The notes below the pieces were generated by a model that worked only from the letters and a program-made list of their open reading frames with translations, was not told the origin of the DNA and did not search any database. Below, in pieces: positions 9,769 through 19,337 of a DNA stretch of 64,000 bases; position 1 is the first letter of the stretch; every line of letters starts with the position of its first letter. Position numbers and translations under genes: made by a program. This DNA comes from Deltaproteobacteria bacterium (GTDB taxonomy: Bacteria > Myxococcota_A > Polyangia > Fen-1088). The stretch is from NCBI GenBank assembly GCA_033763315.1, contig JANRKS010000007.1, forward strand, positions 256,001 through 320,000, in the 5' to 3' direction.

Positions 9769-11418
9769 CTAGGCCGGAACAGACGCGGCCACCAAGGCCT
9801 GCGCTTCGCTCACGATCAGATCCAGGTGTTGCTGATCACGGAAACTTTCGGCGTAGATCTTATAAATGGCCTCGGTGCCTGACGGCCGCGCGGCGAACCA
9901 CCCGCTTTCCGTAACCACCTTCAACCCGCCGATCGCGGCGCCGTTTCCAGGCGCGGTGGTCAACTTTGCCAAGATGGGCTCGCCCGCCAGCGTTGTGCCA
10001 CGCACGGCCTCGGGTGAAAGCTTTTTGAGCGCTTGTCGCACCTTATCCGAAGCGGGCTGATCCAAGCGCACATAGTGCGGGGTGCCCAATTGCCGCGTCA
10101 GGGCTTGGTAATGCTGATACGGATCCTGGCCGGTGGTGGCGCGGATCTCGGCGGCGAGCAACGCCAACAACAACCCATCTTTGTCCGTAGTCCACACTTT
10201 TCCATCGCGCCGCAAGAAGCTGGCCCCCGCGCTTTCCTCACCGCCAAACACCAAGCTGCCGCTGACCAAGCCAGGCACAAACCACTTAAAGCCCACAGGC
10301 ACTTCCACAACTTTGCGGCCACGCACGCGCGCCACGCGATCAATGAGCCCGCTTGAAACCAACGTTTTGCCCACGCCCGAGGTTTCGGGCCACGCGGGCC
10401 TGTGGGTGACAAGATAATCGATCGCCACCGCCAGAAAATGATTGGGGTTCATCAAGCCGCCCGTGGGCGTGACGATGCCGTGCCGATCGGCGTCCGCGTC
10501 GTTGCCGAACGCGATGTCGTAATCACCCTTGAGCGCAATCAAGCTGGCCATCGCCGCGGGGCTTGAACAATCCATGCGGATCTTGCCGTCGTGATCCACG
10601 GTCATGAATCCGAACTGCGGATCCACTTTGTTGTTCACCACGCGCACGTCAATGCCAAGGCGTTCCGACATCACTTGCCAATACGCGATCGAAGCGCCCC
10701 CCAAAGGATCGGCGCCGATGCGGATGCCTGAGGTACGAATGGCGTCGATGTCCACCACGTTTGGCAGATCTAGAATGTACGGCGTAATCAAGTCACGCGC
10801 GTGCGTGTTGTCAGCCGCCAGCGCCTTCTCATACGCCATACGCGCGACGCCTTTGTTGCCGCCGCGAAGCAGCTCATTGGCACGTTTTTCCACCCAGCCC
10901 GTGGCATCGGTGTCTGCGGGGCCCCCGTTGGGTGGGTTGTATTTAAAGCCGCCATCTTCGGGCGGGTTGTGTGAAGGCGTGACCACGATGCCGTCGGCTT
11001 GCGCGCGGCCTGGCGTGCGGTTGTGCGCCAAGATCGCATGTGAGATCGCAGGCGTAGGCGTAAAGCCATCGCCCTCTTGCACCACCGTTTGCACACCATT
11101 GCCAGCCAACACCTCAAGCGCCGAACGCGTGGCGGGATCCGATAAGGCGTGTGTGTCTTTGCCCAGGAACAAGGGACCCGTGATCCCTTGGTTTGCACGG
11201 TACTCGCAGATGGCCTGTGTGGTGGCCAAGATGTGCGCCTCGTTGAACGTGTTCTTGAACGAAGAGCCGCGGTGCCCGCTCGTGCCGAAGGCCACAGCCT
11301 GTGTGGGGTCAGCGGGATCCGGCGACCGATCGTAATACGCGCCCAACAGCGCGGACACATCAACCAAAATGTCTTTCGGAGCGGGCTTGCCAGCTAAGGG
11401 GCTGCGTTTGTCTTCCAT
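9769..11418 (-). CDS. pgm: Phosphoglucomutase (alpha-D-glucose-phosphate specific)
   Basis: Motifs [31 protein letters not shown] and RPSGTE. Confidence 0.95.
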   Translation of the reverse strand: MEDKRSPLAGKPAPKDILVDVSALLGAYYDRSPDPADPTQAVAFGTSGHRGSSFKNTFNEAHILATTQAICEYRANQGITGPLFLGKDTHALSDPATRSALEVLAGNGVQTVVQEGDGFTPTPAISHAILAHNRTPGRAQADGIVVTPSHNPPEDGGFKYNPPNGGPADTDATGWVEKRANELLRGGNKGVARMAYEKALAADNTHARDLITPYILDLPNVVDIDAIRTSGIRIGADPLGGASIAYWQVMSERLGIDVRVVNNKVDPQFGFMTVDHDGKIRMDCSSPAAMASLIALKGDYDIAFGNDADADRHGIVTPTGGLMNPNHFLAVAIDYLVTHRPAWPETSGVGKTLVSSGLIDRVARVRGRKVVEVPVGFKWFVPGLVSGSLVFGGEESAGASFLRRDGKVWTTDKDGLLLALLAAEIRATTGQDPYQHYQALTRQLGTPHYVRLDQPASDKVRQALKKLSPEAVRGTTLAGEPILAKLTTAPGNGAAIGGLKVVTESGWFAARPSGTEAIYKIYAESFRDQQHLDLIVSEAQALVAASVPA

Positions 11419-11433
11419 GGGCGTGCGCGGAGT

Positions 11434-12189
11434 CTATTTGGTCTCGAGCTCAATCTCCATCTCGGGATTGTAAGAAGGCAAATTGCCGTCTTCATCCACG
11501 ATGACGCGAACGCTGGTTTCTTTTCCTTCCGGTAACGTGATCGCAAAACTCTGCTCGGAGAGGTAACCGGCCGACGCCGAATCGCGCGACTTGACCTCAA
11601 GCCGCACCGAAAGCACATGCGCGCCGGGAGCAACTGATCGTGCCGCCAACGACACAGGCTCTTCGGTGACCGGACGCTCAGACGCATCCCACAACCGCGT
11701 GCCATCTAGACGCAATTCAGCCTTCTCAATTTTAAAGTGGCGGTTGGCCTCCCACTTGAGCTCAAACGCCGCTTTTGTTGAAAACAGGGCCTTTTCCAAG
11801 GTGGCACGGCGGGCACGCGAACGAAACACACCATCGCGCAACTCATCATAGCGAGCGCGCAAAGCCTCTGGCGAGGCCGTGGCGGGTTTGGTGGGCGGCT
11901 GCGACACATCCACGTTGACCACGGGCGCGGCGGTTGCGGCAGGTGCGGCTTCGGCACTCGCGGCGGGCGTCGGCGTGGCCTCGGACTGTTCCTCCTCTGC
12001 TGGCGCAGGATCATCCAAAATGGGCGCGGCCGGTTCGGGCGCGGGAGGAGCCTTCTTCTTTTTGGGCGCGGCCGGCCGTGCCTTCGCCGCGGGTTTGGCA
12101 GCCAAGCGCTTCGGGGCGCCGTGCACCACGCCGCCGCCCAGCCACGCCAGCGCCAGCGCCATCACCACACATGAACGCGTTTTCGACAT
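11434..12189 (-). CDS. Secreted hypothetical protein (Pro/Ala/Lys linker, short coiled coil, beta domain)
   Basis: Signal peptide; ATG lies 11 nt after the stop of the upstream barrel gene, in the same operon. Confidence 0.7.
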   Translation of the reverse strand: MSKTRSCVVMALALAWLGGGVVHGAPKRLAAKPAAKARPAAPKKKKAPPAPEPAAPILDDPAPAEEEQSEATPTPAASAEAAPAATAAPVVNVDVSQPPTKPATASPEALRARYDELRDGVFRSRARRATLEKALFSTKAAFELKWEANRHFKIEKAELRLDGTRLWDASERPVTEEPVSLAARSVAPGAHVLSVRLEVKSRDSASAGYLSEQSFAITLPEGKETSVRVIVDEDGNLPSYNPEMEIELETK

Positions 12190-12200
12190 CGTCACGTTTG

Positions 12201-12884
12201 TCACTCCCGCCAAGGCAAAAACATACTGACGCCCAAGGTGGCGCTGAGATCGTTGACCCACACCCGCTCAGCCAACAACTGCTGCCGGTAAACGTAGTCG
12301 CGAAAATCAAAGCGCACCGCCATCACACGCCCGGTCCAAAAAATAAAGCCGATGCCCGCGTTGCCGGCAACCCCACTAGAGACCGGAGAATCCACAACGC
12401 CCGCGCCAGCCGTCAGCTGAATGTCAAAGCGAGCGACTTCACCACCCATCTGCAGCTTGGCGTAAATCGGCGTCACCACAAGGTTCGTGGCGAACAGCAG
12501 CGAATCACGTGATTTGCCCTCAAGCACGGAAAAATTGCGTTCAAGCTCGATGCCGCTGCGTGAAGCGATCTTTGTGTACGCGCCCCCCGCTTCCACCGCA
12601 AAGTTCTCGGTGAGATGGTACGTATAGGCAGCGCCCATCACAGGTGAACCATCAAACACGTCTGACACGTAGTAGCCGCCCTTAAGCGTGATCTCGTGGC
12701 GGTTCGTCTTTTGGTAAAGCCGCGTCTTGACGAAGCGACGGCGTCGCTTGGCGTCCAAGTCCGCCTTGAGCGTTTCGTCCACGCATGCGCCCGTTTCGAC
12801 CTCTGCGGCGCGCGCAGGACCGCAAAGCAAAGCGACGGCCGCTGCGGTCAACAGCCCTGCGTGTATTAAGCGTGCGCGGCTCAT
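12201..12884 (-). CDS. Myxobacterial outer-membrane beta-barrel protein (GltA/GltB-like)
   Basis: Signal peptide; RLYQKTNRHEI, YTYHLTENFAVE, PIYAK and RFDFRDY amphipathic strands. ATGA overlap with the upstream paralogue. Confidence 0.75.
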   Translation of the reverse strand: MSRARLIHAGLLTAAAVALLCGPARAAEVETGACVDETLKADLDAKRRRRFVKTRLYQKTNRHEITLKGGYYVSDVFDGSPVMGAAYTYHLTENFAVEAGGAYTKIASRSGIELERNFSVLEGKSRDSLLFATNLVVTPIYAKLQMGGEVARFDIQLTAGAGVVDSPVSSGVAGNAGIGFIFWTGRVMAVRFDFRDYVYRQQLLAERVWVNDLSATLGVSMFLPWRE

Positions 12885-13624
12885 AAGGCCCACACCCCCA
12901 CGCCCAGCGTGACCAAAAGGTTGTTGCTGATGCGCGCGCGGCCGAGCACCTCTTGCGGCACGATGAAGTCGCGCACGTCAACGCGCATATCAAAGTATTT
13001 GCCGAGAAACAGGCGCATGCCGACCCCTGCCTCCCACGTCAGCCCTTGCACACTGTCGTGAAACGTTCGCCCCACGCCACCCACCAAGAAGATGTCTGCG
13101 GGATAAATGCCTTCCTCGCTGAACTTGAATTTGGCCTGCATCGGCACAAACAACATCGAGGCCATCGCTTGGGTGGCGCTGCCGCTTTCAAAGCGTGTCT
13201 TGCCGTCGAAGCTGGTGAAAGGCTTTTCCAAGTCAAAGCTCACCGGGGCATGCGTGACCAGCACTTCCAACGCAAAGTCCTCGCTGAAATAAAATGAACC
13301 CGCGCCGCCGTACGTATAGGTGGACGACAAAACGTCGGAAGCATAAAGCCCGCCGACCGCCGTCACTTCGAAGCGGTGCTTCTTGAGGAAGGGCCGCCGC
13401 TGCACGCCTTTGCGCACTTGCCCGTCAGCCGAAAGGTCCTCCAAACACGGAATGCGCAGTGAAACATCCTCGGCGTCGGGTTCAACGCTGTCGGCTTGGC
13501 CCGGCTCAGGTGGGTCGGCGCCTTCGTCGTACGTGCTTTGAGCCATGGCCGGGCCGGCAGCCCCCAACACCAGTGCCCCAATGAACAGCCGGGCGCGGAC
13601 AGGCATTTTCGATCCTAACCTCAT
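12881..13624 (-). CDS. Myxobacterial outer-membrane beta-barrel protein (GltA/GltB-like)
   Basis: Motifs VQRRPFLKKHRFEV, FYFSEDFALE and RVDVRDF; paralogue of the neighbouring gene. Start uncertain (13606, 13624 or 13687). Confidence 0.75.
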   Translation of the reverse strand: MRLGSKMPVRARLFIGALVLGAAGPAMAQSTYDEGADPPEPGQADSVEPDAEDVSLRIPCLEDLSADGQVRKGVQRRPFLKKHRFEVTAVGGLYASDVLSSTYTYGGAGSFYFSEDFALEVLVTHAPVSFDLEKPFTSFDGKTRFESGSATQAMASMLFVPMQAKFKFSEEGIYPADIFLVGGVGRTFHDSVQGLTWEAGVGMRLFLGKYFDMRVDVRDFIVPQEVLGRARISNNLLVTLGVGVWAL

Positions 13625-13683
13625 CAAAGCCAATCGAGGGTACCCCGCATGGCGGCAGGCCACAAGCTTAAGCCCGTCCGGCT

Positions 13684-14607
13684 TCAACCGCCGTTGGCGA
13701 TGTGATCGGCAAAAACGCCCGACACATCCAAAACGTGCAGGCCAAGGGGCGCCAGCGCGGTGGCGCGCGGATGTGAGTTGGTGCAGGTCACACTGCGCAC
13801 GAGGCCGCTGTCTCGCAATCGCTCGTACGCTTGCCCCGGAAACACACCGTGAGTTGCAACGACATCAATTTGGTTGGCACCCGCCTCTCGGTAGGCGGTG
13901 GCCGCAGCCAGCAGCGATCCGCCCGTGCGAATCATGTCGTCATAGATCACCACATTCTTGCCCGCGACGTCGCAGCTGACCGACGTGATCTGTGTGTCGG
14001 TGCCGCTCATGCGGCGTTTGATGATGATCGCTGCTTGGCAACGCAGCTCTTGCGCCAAGCCCTGCACCCACTTCGCCCGTCCGGCGTCCGTTGACGCGAG
14101 CACCAAATCGGGGCCTCCCAACGCCTTGATGTGCGGCAACAGCACGCTTTTGGCCGTGAGATTGCGCGACACCGCGTGGCCCTCGAAGTAGTGCGGCAAG
14201 CCTTCGTTGTGCAAATCGATGCACCAGATGCGGTTGCCAAACGGCGCCGCGGGTATCGCTGAAAGTAAACGCGTGCGGGTCTTCGCAGTGACAACCTCGC
14301 CTGGGTAGGTCATGCGTTCCATGGTGCTGTACCCGAAGTAGGGCACCACCAAGTCCAAACGTCGCACGCCGTATTTGGCGAGCGCGCAGCTCAGATCGAA
14401 TAGCGTCAACGTGCTCGCGTCGTCGTGGGTGCCCCCCACCACCAGGGCGTCCCGCTGCGCGAGCCGACTGTCGATGCGTTGGTAAAGCTCTCCATCGGGA
14501 AACGTTTGTCGGGTCACCGTCCCAAGCTCGGCCCCCAACCGGTCAGCAAGCGCTGCGGCAAAGGCCTCGTATCCGGGGATGCTGAAAAGAATCGGGGACT
14601 CAAGCAA
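13684..14607 (-). CDS. prs: Ribose-phosphate pyrophosphokinase
   Basis: Motifs FPDGE, PYFGYS, IDLH, DAG and VIYDDMIRTGGS (PRPP-binding). Confidence 0.9.
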   Translation of the reverse strand: MLESPILFSIPGYEAFAAALADRLGAELGTVTRQTFPDGELYQRIDSRLAQRDALVVGGTHDDASTLTLFDLSCALAKYGVRRLDLVVPYFGYSTMERMTYPGEVVTAKTRTRLLSAIPAAPFGNRIWCIDLHNEGLPHYFEGHAVSRNLTAKSVLLPHIKALGGPDLVLASTDAGRAKWVQGLAQELRCQAAIIIKRRMSGTDTQITSVSCDVAGKNVVIYDDMIRTGGSLLAAATAYREAGANQIDVVATHGVFPGQAYERLRDSGLVRSVTCTNSHPRATALAPLGLHVLDVSGVFADHIANGG

Positions 14608-14722
14608 GGGGCGCTCCTTCGAAGGTGCCGTACATGTAGGCGAAACTGCCGCACAATGCGAGCCTTAGGCCCATAGACCACTAGGCATTCGCGATTGCCC
14701 ATGAGTATAGTTATATCCATTA

Positions 14723-15709
14723 TTGGCTCGCGTCCCGGAGGCCGTCTTGAAGTTTGGTTACCTTACGCTCCTGTTTATTGCCTGCGGCGTGGCCTGTTCG
14801 CCGGAATCGCGCCCCGATGGCGCCAGCACCGGCGACGCGGGCGTGCCTACGGATGCCTCGAGCGGCGGCGCGGGCGGCGGCACAGCTGGAGGTGCTGGAG
14901 GTCGGGCCACTGGGGGCGCTGGGGGTGCGGGCGGCATCGCAGGCGCGGCGGGCATGAGCGGCGGTGCGGGCGGTGGCGCAGGCTCGGCCAACGGTGGAGC
15001 GGCGGGCGGTATGGCGGGCATGGGCATGACCGGTGGAATGGCGGGCATGGCACCACCACCACCTCCGCCCGGTCCCGTTGAAAAACCCACGGCAGCCTCC
15101 TTCTTCTCAGGTAAGACGAACGCGCCTTCGAAACTCGTGTCGCGGGACGTTAACCCTGGTTACTTTTACGCTGTGCAACCGTTTGGTTCAGCGCCGTCCA
15201 TGTCAGTGGTCACTTTGGCGGAGGGTGATCTCACGGGCCTCCCCGCAGGGATCACATTCGCGCAAAAGGCTTCCACAGTCACGATGGCGGATTCGCAGTT
15301 GCTCATCGCGGGATTCAACTTCCGGGCTGATGACGACAAGAAATGGCGTTGGATCGACGCCACTGACTTCGCAGGGCTTTCATTTTGGGCCAAGGTCGCA
15401 ACGGGCATGATCGAAGGCTCAACCACGACGGTGGACGCTACAAATGTGCTGGCCACCGATCCAGCGGTAGGCACCTGCGCAGCCGCGCCCTGCGTGTCTG
15501 TTCACGGCAAAATCATGACCGTCACGGCAACTTGGACTCAATTTAAGTTCAAATGGTCTGATTTCACCCTGCCCGTTGACGCCACCCAAGGTCCGGTTGA
15601 GACAAAGCAACTCGGAAGAATTGATCTGCTGTTCGGCGTGCCTGCGAACACCGCGTTTGATCTGTTCGTGACCGGCGTACAGCTGGCCACCGCGGCCGAG
15701 CTGAATTGA
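14723..15709 (+). CDS. Gly-rich linker lipoprotein with CBM11/CIA30-like beta-sandwich domain
   Basis: Lipobox VAC, long Gly/Ala/Met linker and poly-Pro; IDATDFAGLSFWAK and WTQFKFKWSDF. Start uncertain. Confidence 0.65.
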   Translation: MARVPEAVLKFGYLTLLFIACGVACSPESRPDGASTGDAGVPTDASSGGAGGGTAGGAGGRATGGAGGAGGIAGAAGMSGGAGGGAGSANGGAAGGMAGMGMTGGMAGMAPPPPPPGPVEKPTAASFFSGKTNAPSKLVSRDVNPGYFYAVQPFGSAPSMSVVTLAEGDLTGLPAGITFAQKASTVTMADSQLLIAGFNFRADDDKKWRWIDATDFAGLSFWAKVATGMIEGSTTTVDATNVLATDPAVGTCAAAPCVSVHGKIMTVTATWTQFKFKWSDFTLPVDATQGPVETKQLGRIDLLFGVPANTAFDLFVTGVQLATAAELN

Positions 15710-15755
15710 AGGCAAAGTTGCAGATACTGCACATTTGAATAGTATAGGGGCGGTC

Positions 15756-17867
15756 ATGTCCGCCCTGCCGTCCGCTGCACCAATCGTTGCCCCAGGCTCT
15801 CCTGAGGATCAGCTCCCGGGCCCCCTGGCCGGCCTGAACGCAGCACAGCGGGCGGCGGTGCTGCATGAGATCGGCCCCCTGCTGATCATCGCCGGCGCCG
15901 GCACCGGCAAAACGCAAACGCTCGCGTGCCGGGTGGCGGAACTCTTGCGGCGGGGCGCCGATCCTCGGCGGGTGCTGTTGCTGACCTTCACCCGCCGGGC
16001 GGCGGTTGAGATGTCGAGGCGCGCGGTGCGGCTCGTTCACCAGCAAGCGCGGGCCCAAAGCGCCAAGGCCGGAGCGCTGGCGATCAACGGACTGCCCTGG
16101 TCGGGCACCTTTCACGCCATCGCCAACAAGTTGCTGCGAATGCATGCGCCCGCGCTGGGGCTCGATCCTTCGTTCACGATATTGGATCGCGAAGACGCCG
16201 CCTCTCAAATCGATCTGCTGCGCACCGAGCTGGGTCTGTCACGCGTCGATCGCCGCTTCCCCCGCAAAGGCACCTGCCTGGCGATTTATTCACGCACGGT
16301 GAACACGCAAACGTCACTGCAAGACAACCTTGAGCAGGCGTTCCCCTGGTGTAGCGAATGGGAACAACCTCTTCGCCAACTGTTCGCAAGCTACGTGCGC
16401 AGCAAATTTGAGCGCCGTCTGCTCGATTACGACGATCTGTTGCTCTACTGGTTTCACTTAATGAACCACCCGCCATCCGCCCAGACGATCGAAGCGTTGT
16501 TCGATCACATTCTTGTGGATGAATACCAAGACACCAACAACCTGCAGGCAGCCATCGTCCACAAGTTGAGCCCGCAGGGTCGTGGCGTCACAGTGGTGGG
16601 GGACGACGCACAATCGATCTATGCGTTCCGCGCCGCCAGCGTTCGCAATATCTTGGATTTCGCCAAACAGTACACGCCGCCTGCCACGGTGCTGACGCTT
16701 GAACAGAACTACCGATCAACGCAACCCATCCTTGACGCCACCAACGCTGTCATCGCTCTGTCACCCGAACGGTTTTCTAAACAACTGTTCTCCACGCGCG
16801 CCTCCGCCGACAAACCCCGCATGGTTACGGTGAGCGATGAGATGGAACAGGTTCATTACGTGGTGTCACAGGTGTTGGCGCAGCGAGAGGCGGGCGTGCG
16901 TTTGCAGCAACAAGCGGTGCTGTTTCGCGCCTCGCACCACAGCGACGCGCTTGAAATCGAGTTGGGCCGGCGCAACATTCCTTTCGTAAAATTTGGCGGG
17001 TTGCGGTTCTTAGAGTCCGCCCACGTCAAAGACGCTGTTTGTTGTTTGCGCTGGGCGGAAAACGCGCGTGACGCCATCGCAGGCACGCGCGTGTTGCAGC
17101 TGCTCCCCGGCATCGGGCCTCACGTGGCCAAACGCGTGTGGACGCACATCGCCGCGTGTAACTTTGCCGTCGCAAAGGCCCTGGCGTGCCACCAGCCTCC
17201 GGTGTCAGCCCAAGAGGATTGGCCTGCGCTCGCTGATCTCATGTCACAACTTTGCAGCACCCCTTGGGCGGGCCAAATGGCGTTGGTTCGCAAATGGTAC
17301 GAGCCACACTTAGAACGCCTCTACGACAACGCGCGCGCACGCCTCGGCGATCTTGAACAACTGGAACAAATCGCGGCAGCCACACCCTCGCGTGAGCGAT
17401 TCTTGTCTGACCTTGCTTTGGATCCACCCCAGGCCACAGGTGCGGAAGCAGGACCACCTCACTTGGACGAAGACTTTTTGATCCTATCCACGATTCATTC
17501 GTCGAAGGGCCAAGAATGGGACACCGTGTTTCTGCTCAACGCCGCCGATGGCTGCATCCCTTCCGACCTGGCCACGGGCGATCCGCAGCAGATCGAAGAA
17601 GAGCGTCGCCTGCTTTATGTGGGCATGACGCGCGCAAAGAACCGCTTGGACGTCATTCACCCGCTGCGCTTTTTCATCCGCCAACAAAGCCGTTATGGCG
17701 ACAAACACGTCTTCACACCACGCAGCCGCTTCTTGCCAACTGAAGTGCTGCGTTTCTTTGCTTGTGAAAGCCCCACACCCGCGTACGCCGCGGTGCCTGC
17801 CGCCAACACGCAGGCCGCGTCGCCTCCGGTGGATATGGTGGCGGCGCTGTCAGCCATGTGGCAATGA
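15756..17867 (+). CDS. UvrD/Rep/PcrA superfamily 1 DNA helicase
   Basis: Motifs AGAGTGKT, TFH, LVDEYQD, VGDDAQSIY, NYRS, TIHSSKGQE and EERRLLYVGMTRAK. Confidence 0.93.
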   Translation: MSALPSAAPIVAPGSPEDQLPGPLAGLNAAQRAAVLHEIGPLLIIAGAGTGKTQTLACRVAELLRRGADPRRVLLLTFTRRAAVEMSRRAVRLVHQQARAQSAKAGALAINGLPWSGTFHAIANKLLRMHAPALGLDPSFTILDREDAASQIDLLRTELGLSRVDRRFPRKGTCLAIYSRTVNTQTSLQDNLEQAFPWCSEWEQPLRQLFASYVRSKFERRLLDYDDLLLYWFHLMNHPPSAQTIEALFDHILVDEYQDTNNLQAAIVHKLSPQGRGVTVVGDDAQSIYAFRAASVRNILDFAKQYTPPATVLTLEQNYRSTQPILDATNAVIALSPERFSKQLFSTRASADKPRMVTVSDEMEQVHYVVSQVLAQREAGVRLQQQAVLFRASHHSDALEIELGRRNIPFVKFGGLRFLESAHVKDAVCCLRWAENARDAIAGTRVLQLLPGIGPHVAKRVWTHIAACNFAVAKALACHQPPVSAQEDWPALADLMSQLCSTPWAGQMALVRKWYEPHLERLYDNARARLGDLEQLEQIAAATPSRERFLSDLALDPPQATGAEAGPPHLDEDFLILSTIHSSKGQEWDTVFLLNAADGCIPSDLATGDPQQIEEERRLLYVGMTRAKNRLDVIHPLRFFIRQQSRYGDKHVFTPRSRFLPTEVLRFFACESPTPAYAAVPAANTQAASPPVDMVAALSAMWQ

Positions 17868-18299
17868 TTGCACGTTGTGGCCGCTTTGTTTGTAACGCCG
17901 AATCTCACCATCCCGGACGATGAACTGTCCGTCGCGTTCGCTCGTTCAGCGGGGCCTGGTGGCCAAAACGTGAATAAGGTCGAAACGCAGGTGGAATTGC
18001 GTTGGGCGTTGTCCAGCTCGCGGGCGCTGTCTGATGCCGATAAAGCTTGGCTCCTGTCGCGGCTGGCTTCTCGCCTCACCAACGGGGGTGAACTGTTGGT
18101 CACCTCCAGTCTCACGCGCAGCCAGCTTCAAAACCGCCAGGACGCCACGGAGAAGCTCGTAAACATCTTGCGGGTGGCGCTGGTGCGCCCGAAACGGCGG
18201 CGCAAAACCAGGCCAACGCGCGGCTCTGTCGAACGCAGACTCACGGAAAAAAAGCAGCGATCCGACCGCAAGCGTTCGCGAAGCGGGAACCTCGATTAG
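17868..18299 (+). CDS. arfB: Alternative ribosome-rescue factor B (peptidyl-tRNA hydrolase)
   Basis: SAGPGGQNVNKV motif, RSQLQNR and a basic tail RRKTRPTRGSVERRLTEKK. Confidence 0.92.
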   Translation: MHVVAALFVTPNLTIPDDELSVAFARSAGPGGQNVNKVETQVELRWALSSSRALSDADKAWLLSRLASRLTNGGELLVTSSLTRSQLQNRQDATEKLVNILRVALVRPKRRRKTRPTRGSVERRLTEKKQRSDRKRSRSGNLD

Positions 18300-18302
18300 G
18301 GA

Positions 18303-19223
18303 TCACTTGGTGATGACAAGCGTCGGGCCTGTGGCACCGGCCTCGCGCGAATCGATCTCAAAGCGTTCGTGGTTCTGATACGCCGTGGCCGCTTCGTGCG
18401 TCAGCGAGAACGAAACAGTGGTGGCACCAGCCGCTTTCTGCGCTGCCACATACGCCGTTACGTCGAAGGTCAGCGTGGCCGGTTGCACCGTACCGACGTT
18501 GGCTGTGGCGATCAAAGTCCCCGCGGTCGGCCGGTTGCTCCACGTAACGGTGGTTTCGGTCCACGTCGAAACAAGCTGCCGCGCCTCCAACGTGCCTGGG
18601 GCGCTGTTCGACAGCTTCACATTGAGAAGCAAAATGGCCTTTTGAACTGTGGCCACACTCTGCAACGAGAACTTCATCATGGCCTCGCGCCAATAAAATT
18701 GCTCGTCCATCCCAGGCCGGTATTTCGCAAGCAAGATCGCTTCGCCGCCAAAGTTCGTGTTCGAGTTGTCAACGACGCTGCTGCCGTTGAAACCACTGCC
18801 TTGCACGTAGGAATCTTCGATGGCGGGCAATTTGACTTCAACCGGTGCGGCGGCATCGAGCTTGGGCGCGGCATCTAGTTTGGGCGCTGCATCGAGCTTG
18901 GGGGCGGCGTCCAGTTTGGGCGCCGCATCGAGCTTGGGCGCGGCATCAAGCTTGGGCGCGGCGTCTGTGGGCGCATCCGGAGTCACACCGGCGTCAGGTG
19001 AGCCCTCTGTGGCCGCGTCAAGCTTCACATTCGATCCGCCAACACCAGCACCCCCTTTTCCGCCCTGACCGCCTTTGTTGTCTTGGCCGCCCTGACCGCC
19101 TTCAGATTGAGACGGACCTTCACCCGCGTCCCTCGCGCCACTTTGCACGTCAGTGGATGTGGGGCCGCCACAAGCGAGCAGCGCTGTAACCAAGCTAACT
19201 ACGAATAAGGAACGAAACCACAT
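18303..19223 (-). CDS. Lipoprotein with DAAPKL repeats and DNRLRE/CBM96-like domain
   Basis: Lipobox LAC; EDSYV, NTNFG, WTETTVTWSNRP, FDVTAYV and SREA..GPTLVI. Confidence 0.75.
   Translation of the reverse strand: MWFRSLFVVSLVTALLACGGPTSTDVQSGARDAGEGPSQSEGGQGGQDNKGGQGGKGGAGVGGSNVKLDAATEGSPDAGVTPDAPTDAAPKLDAAPKLDAAPKLDAAPKLDAAPKLDAAPKLDAAAPVEVKLPAIEDSYVQGSGFNGSSVVDNSNTNFGGEAILLAKYRPGMDEQFYWREAMMKFSLQSVATVQKAILLLNVKLSNSAPGTLEARQLVSTWTETTVTWSNRPTAGTLIATANVGTVQPATLTFDVTAYVAAQKAAGATTVSFSLTHEAATAYQNHERFEIDSREAGATGPTLVITK
18858..18965. repeat. Six tandem 18-bp coding repeats (DAAPKL x6)
   Basis: Units start at 18858, 18876, 18894, 18912, 18930 and 18948 and differ only at synonymous positions. Confidence 0.95.
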
Positions 19224-19337
19224 GGCTTACAGAAAACTATCGCAATGATCTTCGGCCGCCAGGCAAATCTCAGTGCAACGTTACGAAAATCGCCTAGGCA
19301 TATCCACGTCACAGCGACAGGCCAGTTCGAGGGTCCG

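Noticed and set aside
14860-15070. Gly-rich tract resembling collagen or PE-PGRS
   Set aside because: There is no Gly-X-Y period; it is a typical lipoprotein linker.
15756-17867. Helicase as part of an anti-phage system (e.g. Gabija)
   Set aside because: There is no adjacent nuclease or ATPase partner, and the neighbours are unrelated.
18858-18965. Possible CRISPR array
   Set aside because: These are contiguous in-frame 18-bp units with no spacers, and there are no cas genes in the window.
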